A stretch of 63,103 nt of DNA, the filler included, from Candidatus Woesearchaeota archaeon (GTDB taxonomy: Archaea; Nanobdellota; Nanobdellia; Woesearchaeales; J072), in NCBI GenBank assembly GCA_003695265.1. It is 6 parts of 6 records of this genome, joined end to end, with 100 filler letters (N's around TTAATTAATTAA, not from the genome) between each part and the next. Parts side by side here need not be neighbours in the genome. Positions count along the whole stretch, not along the records: positions 57,842 to 63,103 come from RFII01000087.1; 5 more parts are not named here. One strand, 5' to 3'. Each line of letters opens with the position of its first letter. The stretch's first letter is position 1. Shown here one piece after another: positions 59,371 through 63,103 of this stretch. The notes beneath the pieces are model-generated. The model worked only from the letters and a program-made list of their open reading frames with translations. It searched no databases and was not told the origin of the DNA. Position numbers and translations under genes: made by a program.

Positions 59371-61167
59371 TCATAAAAAAACGGTTAGTATAAAAAGTTT
59401 TCTGCGCTTCCTCCTCCTTCGCCTGAAAGGTTTTTTGCAATTTGCAATCATCATTACAATAATAGAGCCTATTCCCACACCCGCAACGAAGTACAAACAC
59501 TTCTCGATAAACTCATTTGAGAACGTTGTTTTCTCACCTAAGCTTATTGACTTTTTTTTGCTCTTGAAGTAAATGTCAAGATTACTTAATTCAATCGCGT
59601 ACTCAGAATAAAGCAGTGCGGAAAGAGGGTCTTCCTCCTGCAGTGACTTTGCGTACTCATAATAGCTGAATCCGAGTATTGGGAAGATTCCTTCTTTCTC
59701 TGCTTTTGCAATGTTTTTCCCAGCTGTCTTAAGCTTCTTGCTGATCATGTTCTGAAGCTGAGATTCCTCAACTGTCAGCGTGGTTAAGATTATGTCAGAC
59801 TTCGCCTTTGCCTCAATAGACTTTGCCAGGCACGTCACATAATCGCCTTCCATGCTGTAGCCAAGCGAATTAACAAGCTCTTCCTTAATATGGTCAAGGG
59901 AAAACGGTATGAACAGTTTCGCGTACTGGTACCTCTCGTCTGCTTCTGACAGCTTCCTGTAGCACGAGTCCTCAATGCTCGGTGCTGAAAGGTCATACGC
60001 TTTTCCTTCGCCACCGAAGAACTTGCTCCATGTCTGCGCGCTGTAAAGCCTTTCAATGCCGTAAGCAAGGTCAAAAACCGCTGCTTCTGTGTTGTTCTCA
60101 ACTATTTTTGTCAGAACATTATCAATACGCTCCTTGGCGTCTGCTATTCTTTCTTTCACGACCATCATCGTCTGCAGGTCTTGTATGGTTTTTATTTCAA
60201 CAGACGAGACGTTCTTCTCAAAATCAATTATTTCATCCTTTATTTCAAGCCTTTTGTCAACCAGCTCGTCAACTGAAATGTTTTTTAGGAGGATGTTCCT
60301 GTACTTTATGTTTGCTCCGAAGCAGTAGCTCGCGCTGCTGTAATAGCTGTCATTAATAAATGCCCAAATCCCTTTTTTTGTCAGGTTTTCCGCTTCCTCA
60401 AATTCAGTGCTGTTTCTTAAGCTGAGGTTCTCAGCCTTTCCTTTCAACCGGCTGCTCCTGCCGCAAAGCTCTATGGAAATATTCCTCATTATTCTTTGGT
60501 ATGCCTTGCTTATCGTGAAAGAATCATCTTCTTCCTTCAGCTTTATGCCTGTGAAATAATAAAAAGCATCATTTAAGCTTCCCACCTCAACAACATTGAT
60601 GCTCAGGTTTTTTCCAAGCTCAACAAGGTCAACCGTTTTGTTGTTTTCCTCAACAAACCTTTTACCCTCTGATATAAGCACTGTTTTTATGCCTTCTTTC
60701 GCAGCTGCCCTTATTTTTTCTACTGTTCCGCCGACAGGCCCTATTATGTTTCCAGAGTTTATAGTTCCTGTTATTGTGACACTCTCGTTAATTTCAACGC
60801 CTTCCAAAACTGCCATTGTCAAAATAGTTATGGCTGCTCCTGCGCTAGGTCCTCCAACTATGGCAGAATTTGACTTTATAGTGTAAAAAAAGTTGAATTC
60901 ATCACAGTCAACATCCAGAAAGTTGCACGCTATGTCTTTCGCGAATCTCGTTGATACTTGCGTGTCAATCTTTGTAAGGGGAAAAGTGTCAAAGAATATC
61001 CTGCCCGTGCCCGGCTTTATTTGAAGGTAAATGTCAGCCACGCTTCCGACAAGCTCACCTTCTCCTGTTTCTGAGACTGCCAGCAGCTTTACATGGCCTG
61101 ACCTGGCGTGAGCAACAGGAATTAATAAAACAAAAAATAAGCTTATGATTAATGTTTTGGTTTTCAT
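59371..61167 (-). CDS. Membrane-anchored archaeal Lon-like (S16) serine protease without ATPase domain
   Basis: Signal peptide; GGPSAG, TGTIN, GPVGG..EKI (Ser-Lys dyad); C-terminal TM + basic tail. Confidence 0.88.
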   Translation of the reverse strand: MKTKTLIISLFFVLLIPVAHARSGHVKLLAVSETGEGELVGSVADIYLQIKPGTGRIFFDTFPLTKIDTQVSTRFAKDIACNFLDVDCDEFNFFYTIKSNSAIVGGPSAGAAITILTMAVLEGVEINESVTITGTINSGNIIGPVGGTVEKIRAAAKEGIKTVLISEGKRFVEENNKTVDLVELGKNLSINVVEVGSLNDAFYYFTGIKLKEEDDSFTISKAYQRIMRNISIELCGRSSRLKGKAENLSLRNSTEFEEAENLTKKGIWAFINDSYYSSASYCFGANIKYRNILLKNISVDELVDKRLEIKDEIIDFEKNVSSVEIKTIQDLQTMMVVKERIADAKERIDNVLTKIVENNTEAAVFDLAYGIERLYSAQTWSKFFGGEGKAYDLSAPSIEDSCYRKLSEADERYQYAKLFIPFSLDHIKEELVNSLGYSMEGDYVTCLAKSIEAKAKSDIILTTLTVEESQLQNMISKKLKTAGKNIAKAEKEGIFPILGFSYYEYAKSLQEEDPLSALLYSEYAIELSNLDIYFKSKKKSISLGEKTTFSNEFIEKCLYFVAGVGIGSIIVMMIANCKKPFRRRRRKRRKLFILTVFL

Positions 61168-61278
61168 AAAACCCTGATTTTCTCATTATATTTAAGTTTT
61201 ATTAGGCTTCGGAGCCATTGGCTTAATTAGGCACTTTTGTAATACCTTAGCCCAACAAAATTTACTTAATCTTTGGCT

Positions 61279-61656
61279 TTATGCTGAGCACCCGAAAAAC
61301 CCGAACTTTGGGTAAGGGGTCCAGGCACGCCTTCTATGATATCCTAAGTTTCTAAAACCTATTGTAGGATATACAACTCTTGCCCTCCTCGGAGAGCAGC
61401 TTCTATAAGACCTAGCAGCATAAGTTCTTCTTCCCCAACCCCAACCGTGGTAATAATTATAACTTGGCCTGTAATAATTTCTGTACCACTGATTTGCGCC
61501 AAACATAAGAGCGCTTACTGAGCCTAAAAATCCTCCCTGAGTCATCACAGCTGATTGCTGCACAGCAACAGGAGTTTCTATTGGCACGAATGCAGCTGCC
61601 TCAAACGCCAATAACACAAATGTAAATGCTCCAAACAAAAAATTAGCGTATTTCAT
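61279..61656 (-). CDS. Small secreted Tyr/Gly/Arg-rich protein
   Basis: GGAGGT SD; signal peptide ending AAA; YRNYYRPSYNYYHGWGWG. Confidence 0.7.
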   Translation of the reverse strand: MKYANFLFGAFTFVLLAFEAAAFVPIETPVAVQQSAVMTQGGFLGSVSALMFGANQWYRNYYRPSYNYYHGWGWGRRTYAARSYRSCSPRRARVVYPTIGFRNLGYHRRRAWTPYPKFGFFGCSA

Positions 61657-61675
61657 CTTTCATACCTCCAAATTA

Positions 61676-62269
61676 TTATTGGTTAGCAAGTATGCTGTTG
61701 CACAATTCGTTTAGGTCTCTGAGTTTCAACAGTGCTTTTGCCTTTTCCGCCTCTTTTTCATCAACCTTATCTTTTTCTATTTCAAGCTCGTTTTTCGCGT
61801 CATTTACCTCGTCATAAGTTCCATTTGCTAGCGCTTGATCATACCTTGCTTTTGCCTTATTATAATCATCTTCAGCGTCCTCGAGATCAGAATCAGCCTT
61901 CTTAAGCTCATCCTTAGCTTTTACAAGCTCGGCATAGCATTCAGCATAACCCATGCTTTCATTCATATTCCCACTAACATTATTATCCTCTTTTGAGGTG
62001 TTTTTTATTGTTTCAGCATTATTTTTTTGCTCTTCTATGGTTTCCTGCTGTTTACTGCTTCCTGTTTCCTTTTGTGCTTCTTCTTTGGCGCTTTGGGCTG
62101 TGTTGTTTGTTTCTTCAGCCAAGGTGTTGTTTTCTTCACTAACATTTCCCTTTTCCATAACACTTGTCTTTTCACTATTGCTTGCGAGAAGGAGCGCGAT
62201 TATTATTCCTGCCATTAACACAGTCACAACTATCAGCACTATTAACAATATTAAGTCTGTTTTTTGCAT
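61676..62269 (-). CDS. Membrane-anchored coiled-coil protein
   Basis: N-terminal TM, N/E/K-rich stalk, helical hairpin bracketed by two Cys. Confidence 0.75.
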   Translation of the reverse strand: MQKTDLILLIVLIVVTVLMAGIIIALLLASNSEKTSVMEKGNVSEENNTLAEETNNTAQSAKEEAQKETGSSKQQETIEEQKNNAETIKNTSKEDNNVSGNMNESMGYAECYAELVKAKDELKKADSDLEDAEDDYNKAKARYDQALANGTYDEVNDAKNELEIEKDKVDEKEAEKAKALLKLRDLNELCNSILANQ

Positions 62270-62271
62270 GC

Positions 62272-62550
62272 CTACCACCAGTAATTGCACCTAAACCCCT
62301 CATAGGGAATCCAACGGCACTCATAATCATTATAATAATCTCTCTGCCAGCGCCAGCCGTAATAATAGTTTCTTGTGTACCAAACGCCACTCCAATAAGG
62401 GCTCCGCGCGTAATACTTTCCTGTGTAATGCTTGTACGGCTTATAGCACCCGTTACACCTATAATCATAACCCCAATAATGGGCACTTGCTATTGATGCT
62501 GAAATTGCTAACGCAACAACGCCAATAAGCAAAATTAATGTTTTTCTCAT
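62272..62550 (-). CDS. Small secreted Tyr/Trp/Cys-rich peptide
   Basis: Signal peptide ending ASA; HYWGYDYRCNGCY...FRCNYWW. Confidence 0.75.
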   Translation of the reverse strand: MRKTLILLIGVVALAISASIASAHYWGYDYRCNGCYKPYKHYTGKYYARSPYWSGVWYTRNYYYGWRWQRDYYNDYECRWIPYEGFRCNYWW

Positions 62551-62553
62551 GTT

Positions 62554-62820
62554 TTAGCACCAATACCAACTATAGCCGCAATGGAATGGAATGTAATACA
62601 GCCTGCTGGGCCTGTACCTAAACCAGTGCGTGTCATAATAATCATACCACCCATAGCCGTAGCCGTACCTGTGGTTATAACCGTAATAAGGTCCAAATAT
62701 TGTTCCCCTGTTGCTGATGTGGTAATGCGCATGCGGTCCGAGAGCTTCAGCCGGCCTGCTAACTATTATTCCAATGCTTATAACCAATAAAAACAAGATG
62801 ATTTTCAGCATTACTCTCAT
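62554..62820 (-). CDS. Small secreted Tyr/Gly/His-rich peptide
   Basis: Signal peptide ending AEA; YYGYNHRYGYGYGWYDYY...HCGYSWYWC. Confidence 0.7.
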   Translation of the reverse strand: MRVMLKIILFLLVISIGIIVSRPAEALGPHAHYHISNRGTIFGPYYGYNHRYGYGYGWYDYYDTHWFRYRPSRLYYIPFHCGYSWYWC

Positions 62821-62887
62821 CCCAATAACCCCCAAATAGCCTGTTACCCCTAAGAAATAATAATTATATATAAAAATGTTCCTTTTT

Positions 62888-62989
62888 TTGGTGCTATCAA
62901 CTTAAGTTAGAAAGCTTTGGCAGTAAAGGGTGGTGTGGGTGGGACTAAAAAATTTTACAATAATTCAAAACAACAAAATTGACTTAACC
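62888..62989 (+). repeat. Dispersed intergenic repeat, copy 7
   Basis: GGTGCTATCAACTTAAGTTAGAAAGCTTTGG...GGGTGGTGTGGGTGGGACTAAAAAA...CAACAAAATTGACTTAACC. Confidence 0.88.
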
Positions 62990-63003
62990 TTTTTTTGGTA
63001 ATC

Positions 63004-63103
63004 TTAGCTGTGGATAAGGTTCCTGTTGTTCAGAACTCTGGATGGGCTCACAAAATAGCCGTGGCCGACCCTGCTGTCGTTTTTCGTGTTGACAATGTAA
63101 AAC
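63004..63103 (-). CDS. Possible C-terminal end of a gene entering from beyond the window
   Basis: Open frame FYIVNTKNDSRVGHGYFVSPSRVLNNRNLIHS-stop. Confidence 0.35.
   Translation of the reverse strand, partial: FYIVNTKNDSRVGHGYFVSPSRVLNNRNLIHS

Overview
Archaeal DNA, most likely a DPANN (Woesearchaeota-like) metagenome-assembled genome. The taxon is inferred from topoisomerase VI A/B, RIO1, Dim2, an S-layer protein, intron-rich tRNAs and several bacterial-type enzymes. The window is six contigs joined by artificial 100-nt N/TTAATTAATTAA spacers (14576-14675, 32998-33097, 45739-45838, 54877-54976, 57742-57841), so adjacency across those points means nothing. About 50 CDSs and five tRNA genes are visible; the tRNAs carry ten introns between them. 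Main observations: (1) a covarying two-hairpin element found as D-loop and T-loop tRNA introns and as tandem '5' exon + element' units before tRNA-Thr(CGT), plus a second intron identical in two tRNA-Arg genes, together suggesting mobile tRNA introns; (2) a ~100-bp dispersed intergenic repeat with a G-rich core (7 copies); (3) a candidate replication origin of helically phased AGTCTCA iterons and ORB-like boxes beside a coiled-coil/wHTH gene; (4) a translationally coupled AbrB-like / unknown / MoxR-like AAA+ / HEXXH-vWA operon; (5) a cluster of small secreted Tyr/Gly/Trp/Arg-rich peptides; (6) an ApbE / ferric-reductase module. All calls come from reading the sequence by eye; no database searches were run.
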